Shown one piece after another: positions 1-14,881 of a DNA stretch of 64,000 bases. Within the stretch, counting starts at the first letter, position 1. Every line of letters begins with the position of its first letter. The notes beneath the pieces were generated by a model. That model was given only the letters and a program-made list of their open reading frames with translations, did no database searches and had not been told where the DNA came from. The stretch is taken from the NCBI RefSeq assembly GCF_009914755.1, contig NC_060928.1. One strand, given 5' to 3'. This DNA comes from the human T2T-CHM13v2.0 reference genome, Homo sapiens. The position numbers and the translations under genes were made by a program.

Positions 1-1735
<1,735 letters not shown>

Positions 1736-2889
1736 CAGTCATACCAAAGAACTCTTTCCACTAAGCAGTTTCTAAAATCAACAGTTCCATGGCTGTTTAG
1801 TCTGAGAATCCAAGAAAGCAGAGATTCCTCAGTACTACTAAAAAATATAACCAAATTTCCTTCCTCTATTGCCTTTGGTTTGTATGTAGGTGTATCTGAT
1901 AAGGCCACGTAGATGCACACAGGTTGAGAGACCTAGGGACCTAGATGGAGAAGGTCCCACTTTCTCCATGAAACCAGAATCTTAATCTTAGGATATAATT
2001 AACCTTTAGCTAGCCACAAGAAAGAAGAAAACCAAAGAGAATAAGAAATAGAGATGGACAATCTTTCCTGAGAAACAGGATTTGTTTAATGTATCTGCCA
2101 GTTACATGCAAGTGAATTAGTGGAAAAGGGAAGAGGCAAAAGGTATGCATAAGAAGTTTTAATGTACAGTGACCCTGCTTATAATAAATGCAGCTTAATC
2201 AATTTCTCTGGTTCTGACAAAACATATCAGCATTCTCTTCTCTTGGGGAAAGACATAAATGGAAGTGGGCAAACAGGCAGCAGGGAAACAAGGAGGAGAG
2301 AGTTCCTCTACTGCACTGCCTACACTTAGTATAGCACTTTGAAAAGGCAAAAGGATTACATATAGAATTATCTCACCTTCTACTATGTAAAAGTTTGTGT
2401 AATAATGGAGATCCTCCTGAAATAGAAGTTAGTTTACAGGTCAATTTGCCAAATCGGCTGTGCACTTTGCCTTTCTAAATCTTTTAATCTATAATTTTAA
2501 AAATTACATTAGATGATAGTTATAAGTTCTCTTTAAGATTTAAGATTCTGTGATTTTACTATTGTAGTGTCTATCCAGACTTCATTACCAAGTTCATTGT
2601 TGGTATGGGACAGGGATGACGGCTTATGCACCCTGCACATGGCTAGTGTTCTACAATTAGTCCATTTTTTAAACGCTGGTTGAGATGTGGGAAAGTATGT
2701 ATCACTTGCTTCAATTCAAGGAGTTGGAAGGAATATACATATATACACTTGCATATAATATTTTTGGAATTAGAAACAAGAAAGTAATACTGGTTGCTTC
2801 TGAGCAAGGTGACGGAGGTATCAGGAGTTTTGGGTGGATGGGGAAATTTGTTTTCAGTATCAGTTGTCCTTTGTATTTATATTCTACTC

Positions 2890-3262
2890 TCCCCCTTGCT
2901 CTTTCTCCTCCAGCCACCCCGGCCTTCTTGCTCTTCCTCCAACATTTCAAAAACCCTCCCAATTCAAGGTCTTTGCACTTGTCATTCTGGTGCCTGGATC
3001 ACTCTCCCTCCAGATACTCCCACAGTAAACTCCCTTACTTCGTTCAATGAGGCCAAAATGCCACGTTAATAATGAGACTTCCTTGACCACACTGTATGCA
3101 ATGACTTCCCCCACAGACTCCCCATTACCCCTTAGCTAACAACCCCTATACCCTTAACATTTAGTAGCATCTGACATATTAAATATTTGGCTGTTTGTTT
3201 CGTGTTTGACTGCCTTTTGGAACACTGCCTGTGCTAACAATCAACAAATACTTGTTGAATTA
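2890..3262 (+). mobile_element. L2 LINE 3' fragment
   Basis: Pyrimidine-rich L2-like body ending in degenerate 'caacaaatacttgttgaat'. Confidence 0.6.
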
Positions 3263-3569
3263 AGAAACTTACTGCTTGAGGTTTTTAAAAAGTAATCACG
3301 AAATTACTTTTTCAACAAAAACAACCAGTTAGGGAATAAACATTTGATAAATTAACTTTTAGACCTATAGTATTATAGGATAAAGTCCAAACTTCGTTTC
3401 TCAACACATGGACTTTCCTCATCTGCCACGTATTGGCCACAGTCAAGTAGCCGGTTCCCTTTTCTCGTGCATAAAGTGGAGTTATTCATAATTACTTCAC
3501 AGAATTAAGATTCAATGCAGATGAAAGCGCTTTTGTAACTAAGGCACTATAAGTTACCGTAAGCACAGG

Positions 3570-4260
3570 GTTTCTTCCGCGCTTGGAGCCTAGGAATAGT
3601 ACAAGGTGTCAACCCGCGCTAAGGACCTGAGGTTCAAGGAGGGAAAAGTCTCCAGCGCAGCGCTAGGAGGCGCTACTCCGGCGCGGGGCGGGGCTCCTGG
3701 CCGCCGTTGCCAGGGAAACCGTCTGGGCGTCCCTAGTATCTGAGCCCTCGCGCCTGGGCCACTCAGCTCGACCTCTCTCCAGCGTTAGCAATAGGTGGAG
3801 CGCGGGCCAATCGGAAGAGGCCGGAGGGGCGGGGCGGGCAGTGGCCCTGGGAAGGCGGGTCCGCGGCCTCGCTCCCTGACTTCCGGGTCGCGGTGCTTGA
3901 AGGGAGTGTTCCGTCGTTTCCGTTGCCGGCTGTTTGCAGTGGGGAAACCGAGGCAGCTCCTGCTCCCCCTAGTTCTTCCGCTCCTGTGAGGTGGCTGCTG
4001 TTTCTTTTCCTCTTGCCCCGGATGCCTCGGTGCGGCTGCACTGAGAGCGCGCGGGCTCGCGAGCCCCGCGGGGTTCTGCGGGAACCCGGGGGCGCCTGGG
4101 CCGGCGGGTCTTTGTGCGAGCCCTGCCCTCCCATTCGCGGGCGGCGCGCGAGGGGGGTCGGCGCAGAGACGCCCAGAGCCCTGGGGTGCTCAGGCGCCGC
4201 TACGCGTGCATCCCCTCTGCTCGGCAGTTCTGCGCTTTTGTCCTAATGAGCGCGGACTAG
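3570..4260 (+). promoter_or_regulatory. ELMOD2: CpG-island, TATA-less promoter of ELMOD2 with GC boxes, CCAAT box, ETS site and RFX X-box-like motif
   Basis: High GC/CpG density; GGGGCGGGG near 3685 and 3826; CCAAT at 3807; ACTTCCGG at 3879; GTTGCCAGGGAAAC at 3706-3719. Confidence 0.85.
3880..3990 (+). other. ELMOD2: ELMOD2 non-coding exon 1 (start approximate; donor either CCT|GTGAGG at 3986 or GAG|GTGGCT at 3991)
   Basis: Lies downstream of the CCAAT/GC/ETS core; exon 2 has a splice acceptor only 9 nt before the ATG, so an upstream non-coding exon is required. Confidence 0.6.
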
Positions 4261-5138
4261 ATGGCTTGATTTTCAAGATAATGATCAACCCAGCTGTGCT
4301 ATGCGCTCTTTCTGCACTGACCTGCGGGTACTTCGAACTTCGACAGTCCCTCCTCAGGCCCTAGTCCAGAGGTGACGTGTCTGTGGGAATGTTTAAGGCA
4401 GGAAGGAGACGAGCAATTTTGTTTTTAAGTATCTCCCTCTCACTAGTATCTCCCTGACTTTTTCATTTAGAAGCTGAAGAATTTTCTTATGGCATAAGAT
4501 ATAGTTGTATCGAGTGTGTACTTAGCAAAACAAAAACTTGTTAGTATTTCTGCCCTTGACCTATTGAATGGAAAATCAAGAATGAGCTAAGGTGTTATAT
4601 ACTCAGTGTTCAACTTGTATACTTAAGTTTGTAGTGTTTTTATTTGCTGGCATCACCTGACTGGGACAGTTGTAACGAATTATCCACATGGGATAAGAAG
4701 AGTGTATTCTATAAAAACAACTCTGATGTTTTGGTATATATTTTAATTGTTGATTAGTTGGAGTCCTCTTGATCTTGAACTGTTGAGCCCCAGTTCTCAA
4801 AGAATGGGAAGTTAGGAAACTAAGATATGAAATACAATTATTTAGCAAAAAGTGCAAACCATTCTGTTACTCTTTCAAGCCATTGAATAGTTTGAGTACA
4901 TTGTTTGAATTTTAGTTTTGAAAAAGTGATTAATTGGCCATTTGATCATCAATTAATAGCGGTATATATTACACCTGCCATTGTTTTTAAATGCCTAATT
5001 AAACTGTCAAAACAGACACAATGAAATGATAGATACATAATTTGAGATTTGATCAGTTGTATAAACTTTTTAAATTTTAAAATTCAGTTTAAGGTCATTA
5101 AGCTTGTCTTGTATGTTTCCCTCCTCCAGGAAAAAAAA

Positions 5139-5280
5139 ATGTTTATTTCTTTGTGGGAGTTCTTCTATGGGCACTTTTTTCGATTTTGGATGAAATGGCT
5201 ATTACGACAGATGACTGGGAAGTGTGAATTGCAGCGAATATTTGATACCTATGTAGGTGCACAAAGGACACACAGGATAG
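5139..5280 (+). CDS. ELMOD2: ELMOD2 (ELMO domain-containing 2, ARF/ARL GAP) coding exon 1 (gene exon 2; exon starts 5130)
   Basis: MFISLWEFFYGHFFRFWMKWLLRQMTGKCELQRIFDTYVGAQRTHRI; acceptor ctccag| at 5129; donor |gtaatg at 5281; 142 nt. Confidence 0.95.
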
Positions 5281-5739
5281 GTAATGTTATTCAAAAAGAA
5301 AAAGTACTAATAAAAGTTTAACGGAGTGTTTTTCTCAGGACTCACAGTGACAGATGTATTTCTTTTGTATCCTGACAAGTCACTTAAACTGAATTTCATA
5401 AGCTCTGAAGTCCCGCTTTGACTCCTTCAGCTCTAAAATTGTATGAATTTATAGAAAAAGTGGTTATTTAATTGCTTATGTGTGGAAAGAATTCTCTGGC
5501 TCCTGAAGTTTATCGGTTATTCCTTAGATTATAGTTGCAACCTATTTTCTGGTGAAAAATTTCTATACTTACATAATCCCTTTGAAATTTTCACTCACAT
5601 GGTGGGAAGAATGAGTGCCTCAGTCTACATCCATTTTTATACTTAGGATCCTTCATCAGTCTTTTACTTTCTTACTGTTACTTATGAAAGGCCTGTAATT
5701 ATGTATCCAGTGGTCTCTAGGAAAGATTATTAGACTCAT

Positions 5740-6050
5740 TCTCACTGTCCAATACCATAGCCAATAGCCACATTATATTGAGCATTTGAAATGTGGCTAG
5801 TCTAAATTGAGATGTGCTGTAAGTGTAAAATATAAACTGTATTTCAAAGACTTATAAGAAAATGTAAAAAGTCCCAGTAATTGTTTATATTCTTTGTATG
5901 TTGAAATGGTAATATTTTGGATATGTTGGGTTAAAAATATATTAAAATGTTATCTGTTTCTTTTTACTTTAATGTGGCTATACAGAATTTTAAAGTACAC
6001 AAATGGGTCACATTTTGGCTTGTGTTATATTTCTGTTGAACAGTGTTGCT
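5740..6050. mobile_element. hAT-Charlie MITE (MER33-like)
   Basis: Terminal 'cactgtccaata' and 'tgttgaacagtgttg'; body 'gagcatttgaaatgtggctagtc...gatgtgctgtaagtgtaaaa' resembles MER3/MER33. Confidence 0.7.
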
Positions 6051-7175
6051 CTGTTACCTTCTAAAATACATCAGTTTTCAGTGCTTCATTGAAAATTTTA
6101 CTCTAAAATTTGAACACAGATGAGTAAGAACTGTGTTTTGAAGTCGCTTCTTTTCAGCCAGGGTAAGGAAGAGCAGAGAAGTGCTCTAGCTCATGCTCTC
6201 TGTGTTAAACGGAAAATTGTGAATTAGCCAGATTTTTTTTTTGTGTTGATCAAGTGTGCTTCGACTGAGAAATCAACCCCTGTCAGGTTAAGAGAGTGGA
6301 GTATTGGCAAATGGAACCTGTATCCAAGACAACATCGGAAGAATGACAGACAGACGCTGCCTCATAGCAGCTGGTTGATTAAGTTTAATTACTTTCCTAG
6401 TTTTCTTACAACTTCATGGTTGACTTAAATTATTGCTGCTCTTTTAATTTGCCCTTTTGACTACTCAAAAGAACAAAGTACCTCTTGATAAGAAATCTCT
6501 TCAGGCAGTATGGGTTGGTGTTTTATAGTGTGGGGGAAGAATATATATAAAGGCATTTGTTTGTGGCAAAAGCATTTTTCCTAAATTTTTCAAATTGCTG
6601 AGAAAAGATTATTCGTAAATGTGCCAGAAAATTTTTTAAATAGACCAATAAAAATGTTCCTGTGATTCTTGATATAGAAACCAGGAATGGAGAAGCTATT
6701 TGTCTGGTGACAGAAGGGTTGACCAGATAATCTGAAGTCCTTGCCTATTTGTTGTACGATTTGGTTGCTATCACCTCAAATCTAAAGGCTCAGGCTAACA
6801 AATGAAAATGCAGTAGAGAGCACTCTCATTGTAGTCTTAAGATGAGTTTCTGGGACCTGAGCTACTGTGACACAATTATGGGTGAATTTGCAGTGGTTAG
6901 TAGACACTTTGGGGTCTAAACAGAAACATATGACCCCAGGTAATGAGGTTGGTGTCACCTCTTTGAATAGGTATTTTGTGTTTGGTTGAGTTTTTTGAAA
7001 TCATATGTTTATACTGTAAGATTAAATTTTAAAATGCTTCCTGTTATATAGAAATTATATCTCCTGGAACTATTAGTTTGTTACTGGTTTGATATTTTTA
7101 CTAGTTGTTTATTATAGGGTAATTGACAAACAGCATTTAAGTGATAACATCTTTTTTTTTTTTTTGTCATTTCAG

Positions 7176-7204
7176 AAAATTCCTTGACATACTCCAAGAA
7201 TAAG
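7176..7204 (+). CDS. ELMOD2: ELMOD2 exon 3 (29-nt micro-exon)
   Basis: Long T tract + ttcag|; encodes (E)NSLTYSKNK; |gtagga; restores phase 0 (142+29=171). Confidence 0.92.
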
Positions 7205-7602
7205 GTAGGATAACATAAAGGTGGTAACTCTAGAAAACTTAACGTGGACATATTTTTTCTTAAAAAAAAAAAAGTGCCCTGCTAGAAGAGTGTTTTCTAT
7301 AGTGAGCATTGAGTGAAATTTTCCCCGTTTAGAGGTAATATTCTGTTTTCAAACATTTCTCTATATATGTGTTTTTCGTGTGTATTTCAAAGAAAATACT
7401 TGAATAATTTGTCCTGTCCTGAGGTTTTATTTGTTTATTTTGCTTTAAGAGTTGATAGCTTTTAGGAAAGCAGGGCCTTAGGAGGAAAGTCGTCTTTTAG
7501 ACTGTGTCCTCAGGATAGATTATATGAGAGAAAAGCAACTTAGGATAGAGAAAACCCTGGGTTGTGTACCTTTTGAGCTAAAATAAGTCATAATTCATGC
7601 TA

Positions 7603-8016
7603 TGTATTAGTCAGCTTTTGCTGTGTAACAAACTATAATAAAATCTCAGGGGCATAAAACGATACGTTGTTTCTTGCTCATATGTCTATGGGTCAGCTGG
7701 AGAAGCCTTACTTCAAGCTGGGGCCAAGTTCCTGTCTATTCCATTTGTCTCATCTGGGACTCAGGTAGGGGGTTAACAGGTATCTGGTGAATGTTTTCAC
7801 CATGGATAACTAAAGGCCCAACTACACAAACATATTTTAAGTCTCTTTGTGTCATGTCTGTTAGCAACCTGTTAGTTAAAACAAGTTACATGGCCAAGCC
7901 CAAGTCAAGGGGTGGAGAAATATGATATGCCCACCGTAAGGCTATGGTAGGGAGTAGGTTGTATAATTCAATTACAAGGTAATGAAGAATTGGGACCAAT
8001 AATTCAGTCTACCACA
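7603..8016 (-). mobile_element. MaLR LTR (MLT1J/K-like)
   Basis: Ends 'tgtattagtcagcttttgctgtgtaacaaac' and 'attcagtctaccaca' typical of reverse-oriented MLT1. Confidence 0.7.
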
Positions 8017-8756
8017 TGCTGTTACTTCCCTATTGTAGTTCACAATTTTGTCTACATGTAGATTATTTGGTGTGGCAAGGATAGAATACGGGTCATCTAG
8101 ACCATTGTTTGAAATCCCATAATAGAACACAACCAGTATTAAACAATAATAGGAATAGAACAGAAAATATTTAGAAACCATTGGTCATAATATGGTTAAA
8201 TATATTTTAGGAATTTTTTATACTATTATAATTATTTTAAATATTTCTGTGTACATCTGTGTGTATTTTGGACATCCACATGAATGTTTGTTCTTGATCA
8301 TGATGTAAAATGTGGCTCAAGGTCAAAAATGTTGATTTGCTACTGTCTAGTAATATGAATCGTGCCAGAAATAAAATAGACCTTCTTGAGAGTTGCAAGC
8401 ATATCTGTTATGTTCTGAAGAGTAACCTTTAAAATAGGTACTTTAATGATTTAGTTATACTCTTTAAGAATGGTCTATTTAAGAATAACTCATATATATA
8501 AGTGAATATTTGGGGGAAGAGTCCAGAGTTACACTCCTTTGTTCAGAATTGTTAGAGAGTGATTAATATATTTTTTAAAATGAGGATGTGGAGGTCCTGA
8601 AAGCTAACAGGTTGCTGGTTCTCAAAATTTATTTATACCTTATTTATTTGTATAGTTCCTTTATTTGAAACATAGGATGCAGTTTCCCAAAGTAACAATA
8701 TTACAAATTTTAGCAGATGCACTTGGGGAGGTGTTATATTTCAGGTCCATTACAAG

Positions 8757-8930
8757 AGTAGTCCTTAAACTTAAGGAAGAATCAAAATCTTCTGGAGGCC
8801 TATTAAAACACAGATTATTGGGCCCCATCCCCGGAATTTCTGGTCTGGTTCTGATTGCATTTCTAACATGTTCCCAGGTGATACTGCTGCAGCCGTTCCT
8901 GCTGGTGAGGGCAGTGTCTTGAGGCACTAA
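8757..8930. mobile_element. MER5A-like hAT MITE
   Basis: 'aaaacacagattattgggccccatcccc...ttgcatttctaacatgttcccaggtgat' matches MER5A core. Confidence 0.7.
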
Positions 8931-9199
8931 TAGCATATTAGTATGCTGTCTGGGGACTGTTGTGGATCATAACTGCTTTAACTTTGTTTCGATAGGAAAC
9001 TGTGTATGTTTTTCAAACTGACCTTAAACAAGTTGGTTTGGAACTATTTGGGTGCTGAACCCTCTAGAATGAATTGTTCTGTGAAATCTGTTTTCTTTAA
9101 GCCTCGACATTGTAAAGAGAGTAAAACCATAGCTGAGCTCTTTATGTTATACCCACAATCCCAGCTTCCAACCAATTTTTTCAGTAGTGTGTTCCTCCA

Positions 9200-9748
9200 A
9201 ATAACCTTGACATCTCTCAGCCTGGAAGTTGTCCAACACTGCCATTGCTGTCCACTAAAACTCTTATCTGGTCCCCTTCATTACTCTCTGACTTTATCTA
9301 CTACTGTTCTTGCCTTGCTCACTGGTCATCACCACTATGCTGCCTGTTATTTTCCAAACACATCAGCATGCTTCTGGTTTATGACCTTTGCACCAGGTCT
9401 TCTGTTTAAGTAGAATTATCTTCTCCCGCTTAAAAGCTTAGCTCACTTCCTCATTTTCAGGTTTTTCCTCAGTTATGACATTCTCTATGAGATTTTCCAT
9501 GACCATTCTCTACCTAAGGGTATACCTTTGTCTCTCTTTATGATCCCCTTTCCTTAATTGTTTCACCATAGCACAGACCATCACTAGCGTACTAAATATT
9601 TTACTTACTTATTTTTCCATTCCTGAAAAGAAAAAGGCATTGTTTATTTTTTGTTGTTGTTTTGTTCACTGATGTTTTTCTAGTACCTGAAACAGTGCCT
9701 GGAATGTGATAAGGCTCTGAATATTTATTGAGTGAATGAATGAATAAG
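9200..9748 (+). mobile_element. L2 LINE 3' fragment
   Basis: Ends 'acagtgcctggaat...tatttattgagtgaatgaatgaat'. Confidence 0.65.
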
Positions 9749-11439
9749 TGAGAAAAATAAGAGGATAAAGAATAATAAGTAAATGAAAATTAACTTTTTT
9801 CAGAATAGAGTGTAGTGTTTCTTTTATTTACTAATTTACTGTAGAGGTTCTGGAACTGGGGACTCAGTATCACATCTATCAGTGTAATTGTTATAACTGC
9901 ATTTGTAACAACAGTTTTGGTCACAGAATTTATTAATGGGATTGTATGTGTGGTAAAATCATGCCAAGCTTAAGTGGAACAATACATAAGATGCTACATT
10001 TAAGAACTCCAGTGCCTTGGTCAAATCCGTCCAAGGATTTGAATGACTACCACATGTTCAGTATTCAACCAGGGTCTTTGGGATATTCAAAAGATATACA
10101 AAAGAAGACTGGAATTGAATGTAATTGTAAGTAGAAGTTTAGAGAAGGAAGAGGTAAATGTAGACTAGAGTGTTTGGGGATTTTAAAGTAGTGGTTACAA
10201 GTTAAAGAAAAATAAAATGTTCATCATTTTTTACCTCTGTTTCTTGCTATTAAAAAGTTCACTTGAAAAGTAAACATTAAAATTGTATTCTTATGAACTT
10301 CATTATTCAAAAATAGAAATTGCTATAGTACTTTGGAGGGCATCCTGCAAAGAGAGTGGTCAACAAATGGGTAAATACTGAAATTAAATCACTTAACGAT
10401 TTATTCTTTTAAGGTTTTAAATCTAAGACAAACTTTCCAATAAACAGAGGTAGCCTTATCAATTTAAAAATATAATTTATGTGTGTATTGCACCTAATTT
10501 GTATATTCCATTTACTTTGTAGGGTAAATCTATTTCTCATTTTGTGATATTTTGGTTTACCTAATTACATTTTTATTCGATAAAAAAGTCTGGGTTCAAA
10601 TCCTGATATTATCAATTACCAGTTGTTTGACTGTGTACAAGTTACTTATTTTCTCATTCTAAAAGCTATTCATACCCACATAGTTGTTTTGAAATTAGAG
10701 ATATTACTATGAAAACAGTCTAAGAGAATGCCCAATACTTAGTAAGTATTCAACAAATAGTGGTTACTAATAATATTAATGATAATATAATTAAGCCAAT
10801 ATATACCATAATCATTTTAGAAATTTGATATTCATGAAAACCTCTTTGGTACTTGAGAGTACTTAGCATTACCAATGATTGCTGTGAATAAAAGTGATTT
10901 TAATCTATTCAGAGTGATTCCCTAAAGCAGTGATCTTGAAGTATGATCATGTTGGACTGTGCACTGTTCCACAGTGTGCATTCTTTCTTTGTTAAAAATT
11001 GAATCTTATTTGCTTATATTTTAGATTAAGGACTATTTATCAATTAGATATTAAGGGTTAACAAACTGGGATTTATAAATAAAAATTAATGACTTATTCG
11101 AATTTGAGGAGTCTAATTCAATATTCTGCTAAGAAGTCTGGCTTCCATGCAATATATGACAATGGAGCAAAGCTCCACTGTACTTACGCATATACAGGCA
11201 TTTGAATTTCTGAAAGTTAGGGAGGAATACTTTGGCAATCTATTGGTGTTTTTGGTGGCTGTCTTTTTATTGCAGCTGCCGTCTTAGGGTTTAAATAATA
11301 ATGTAGCTGTTAAATAGTTGAATAATAAATACATTTTACGGCATTAGTTTAGTTTTCTTTTAATGCTATAGTGATGCACATTTGCATTTTTGGGCCTCTA
11401 CTTTTCCACTACAGCCTATAGTCATTCAAAGTATAATAA

Positions 11440-14270
11440 GGGGATTCTATGAACAACTTTATGCCAGTAAATTGTTTGATTTTACACAAAATGGACGAAG
11501 TCCTTGAAAAACAACTTACCAAACTAACACAAAAAGAGATTAAAAATCTAAATAGTAGTATACTTACAAAAGAAATAGAAACTGTAATTTAAAATTTTTT
11601 CACAAATCTCTAATCTTGGCTTCACTAGTGAAGTGTTAAACATTTAAGGGAGAAGAAATAATACCACTATTACATTAACTCCTAGGAAATAGAATAGAAA
11701 GAAACACACTTTATGGGGCCAGTATCATCTTGATACTAAAGCCAGATATAGACAATATAATATATGAAAATTACAGTTCAATGTCCTTCATGAATATAGG
11801 TGCAAAAGTCCTTAACAGAATGCTAGCAAATTGATCCCAGTAATACATAAAAAGGATAATATGTCATGTTGAGTTGTTTTTTTTTTTTTTTTGATACAGA
11901 GCCTTGCTCTGTTGACCAGGCTGGTGTGCAGTGGCGTGATCTCGGCTCACTGCACCCTCCACCTCCCGGGTTCAAGCAGTTCTCTCACCTCAGTCTTTCT
12001 CGAGTAGCTGGGGTTGCAGGTGCACACCACCATGCCTGGCTAATTTTTGTATTTTTAATAGAGACAGGGTTTTACCATGTTTCCCAGGCTGGTCTCAAAC
12101 TCCTGACATCAGGTGATCCACCCATCTCTGCCTCTTGAAGTGCTGGGATTACAGGCATGAGCCATTGCACCTGGCCTGTCATGTTGAGTTTTCAGAATCA
12201 ATGTATGTAATTTACCACATTAACAGAGTAAATCAGAAAAATATGGACATTTCAGCAGATACTGAAAAACTGTTTTGACAGAATTCAGTACCAATTCATG
12301 ATTAAAAAATCTCAACTAGGCATAGAAGGAACTTTCTCAACCTATGAAAGGCTGTGAAAAACCTGCAGCTAACATGATACATAACACTGAATTATTGAAT
12401 GCTCACCACATTTAACTGGGAACAAGACAAATATATGTACTTTCTCTGCTTTTATTCAGCATCATACTAGAGATCCTAAGTAGTGCAATAAGGCAAGAAG
12501 AAGCAATATAAGACATAATGATTGGAAAGAAATAAATTATATTAACAGATGACGTACTTTGTGAATGTAGAAAATCCTAAGAAATCTACAAAAACTACTG
12601 GCATTATTAGTAAATGAATTTAATAGTGTTACAGGACATGGTATACTACTGTATGTTAGCAACAAACTTTTGGAAAATAAAGAACAATACCACTTACAAA
12701 AGCATCCAGAAAACATAAAATATTCAGGGCTAAATTTAATGAAAGATGCATAAGACTTCTGCACTAAAACTCCCAGAGAAAATTGCTGAGAAAGATGAAA
12801 ATGGAACCATACACTGTATTCATCCATTGGAGGACTCAGTATTAAGATGTTATTTCCCAAATCGATCTATGGATTCAATGCAGTTCCAGTGAAAACCCCT
12901 GCAGACTACTTTTGAAGATTCTGACAAGCTCATTCTAAAGTTTGTAAAGAAATGGAAGGAACCTAGAATAGCCCACGTAACCTTCTAAAAGGACCCCTAC
13001 TACCTGACTTTAAGACTTTATAGTCAAAAGATGAATATAACAGATGAGAGACCAGAAATTGACCACACCTAATATGTCACAATTTTTAACAAGAGTATCA
13101 GAGCAATTCAATGAGGAGAAGAAAGTCTTTTCAATAAATAGTGCTGGAACAACTGGGTATGTATGGGGGAAAAAAGAAACCTCAACTTCAATCTCTTACC
13201 ATACATGAAAACTAATTTAATACGGATGTTAGACCTATGTTTAAGCTAAAACTTTAAAGTTTCTGAAAGCAAGCATAGGAGAATATCTTCCACCTTGAGT
13301 TATGCTGCCACTTAAAAAAATTGAAAAGTTAAACTTCATCAAAATAAAACTGCTTATCAATGATACCTTTAAGGAAAGGAATAGGCAGGCCACAGACTGA
13401 GAATGTATTTGCAGCATATGTATCTGATAAGGGACTTGTATCTAGTAAATAACTTTTATAACTCAGTAATAAAAAGGCAACAGAATTTTTAATGGGCAAG
13501 AGCTTTGAACAGTCACATGACAAAAGTGTATATATACGTGTGTGTGTGTGTGTATGTATACACACTTGGAAAAGTGCTCAGCATTATTAGTCATCAGGGA
13601 AATGCAAATTAAAATCACAGTGAGAAGACACTACATACCTAAAAGTTACCTAAATGAAATAGACGAACAACACTAATGTTGGAAACACCAGTTGGAGCAG
13701 AAGATGATATTATCACTTTGGAAGTGGTTTTGGCAATTTCATTCAAAGTTAAACACATACTGCCCTAGTAATTTCACTCTTAGGTGTCTAAGAAATGAAA
13801 ATATATATTTACCAAAAGTATAATAAAGTATGGTCCCAAACTGGGAACAATGCAAATTTCCAGTACCAGGAGAATGAATAAGCAAATTGAGGTATATTCA
13901 TGCAATACAACTCAACAATTAAAAGGGACAAATTACAGATATGAGAAAGAATGTGGATATGAGTAAGAATGTGGATGAATCCTAGAAACGTTATGTTGAA
14001 CAAAAGAAGCCAGACACAAAATAGTACGTACTTTGATTCCATTTATGGGCATACAGCTAAGCTATGGTGGTAGAAATCAGAACAGTGGTTGCTTCTTGAA
14101 GGAAGAATTGATTGAAAAGGGGCATAAACGAACTTTCTGGGATGATAGAAATGTTCTGTATCATAGTAGGGATGTGGATTATCTGGATGTATGTATTTGT
14201 CAAAACAGATCAGACAACATCTGTGCCTTTCACTGTATTTAAATTATAAATCAATTTTTAAAAAAGTAAT
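11440..14270 (+). mobile_element. Old mammalian L1 (L1M type) ORF2 and 3'UTR remnant, interrupted by an Alu
   Basis: Degenerate ORF2 motifs ('aacaactttatgccagtaaatt', 'tttcaataaatagtgctggaacaactgg') and an L1M-type 3'UTR. Confidence 0.75.
11876..12176 (-). mobile_element. Alu (S-type), full length
   Basis: Alu consensus; TSD tgtcatgttgagtt at 11862-11875 and 12177-12190. Confidence 0.95.
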
Positions 14271-14843
14271 GGAATAGTATATACAGGAAAGAGTATTTGC
14301 TTAGAAACTAGATGTGGTTTCTCGTCTTGACTCTGCCCTAAATTTATATATGCCTTGGGCAAGTTCATTCAATCAGTCATTTGTTCATAATGTATTTAAC
14401 AAAGTTTTGAGCATGTAATCAGTAATGTGCTATCCTAGACGCTCAAGATATAAGAGTAAATAAGAGAGACAAATGCTGGTGGAGAACATAGAGAAAATAT
14501 GGTGTGGTCAGTGCTCTCTAACTGAAGTATGACTGTGAAAGGAAGTAGGTAACTCTAGGGCTGGGGAAGACTTCACAGAGGAAGTGACATTGAACTGGAT
14601 TTTTAATGTTTTAGGAGTTTGTAATACATGCAAAAGGTATGGCTTTTGCCATGACTACCCATGGCGAAGGTAGTCCTTTTACCAGTGCTGGTATTTAAGC
14701 TTCAACACTCTTCCTGTACTCATATTATCTCAGGATTGGACAAGCTAGACTTTGTTGACCATATCTGTATCTTTACTGATTGTTATTAATAGATCTTTGA
14801 CCATTTTCTTCTCACCTTTTACTTTTCTCTGGGGAAATCTGTT

Positions 14844-14846
<3 letters not shown>

Positions 14847-14879
<33 letters not shown>
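14847..14879. repeat. (CT)n microsatellite
   Basis: About 16 CT units. Confidence 0.95.

Positions 14880-14881
<2 letters not shown>

Noticed and set aside
3763-4246. 117-123 aa ORFs on both strands
   Set aside because: Low-complexity products of a GC-rich CpG island with non-ATG starts
4428-4455. 11-bp direct repeat agtatctccct (similar short duplications near 17328, 22819 and 28574)
   Set aside because: Ordinary slippage duplications with no supporting function
9006-9413. 135-aa ORF in ELMOD2 intron 3
   Set aside because: Overlaps an L2 fragment; no domain or convincing splice context
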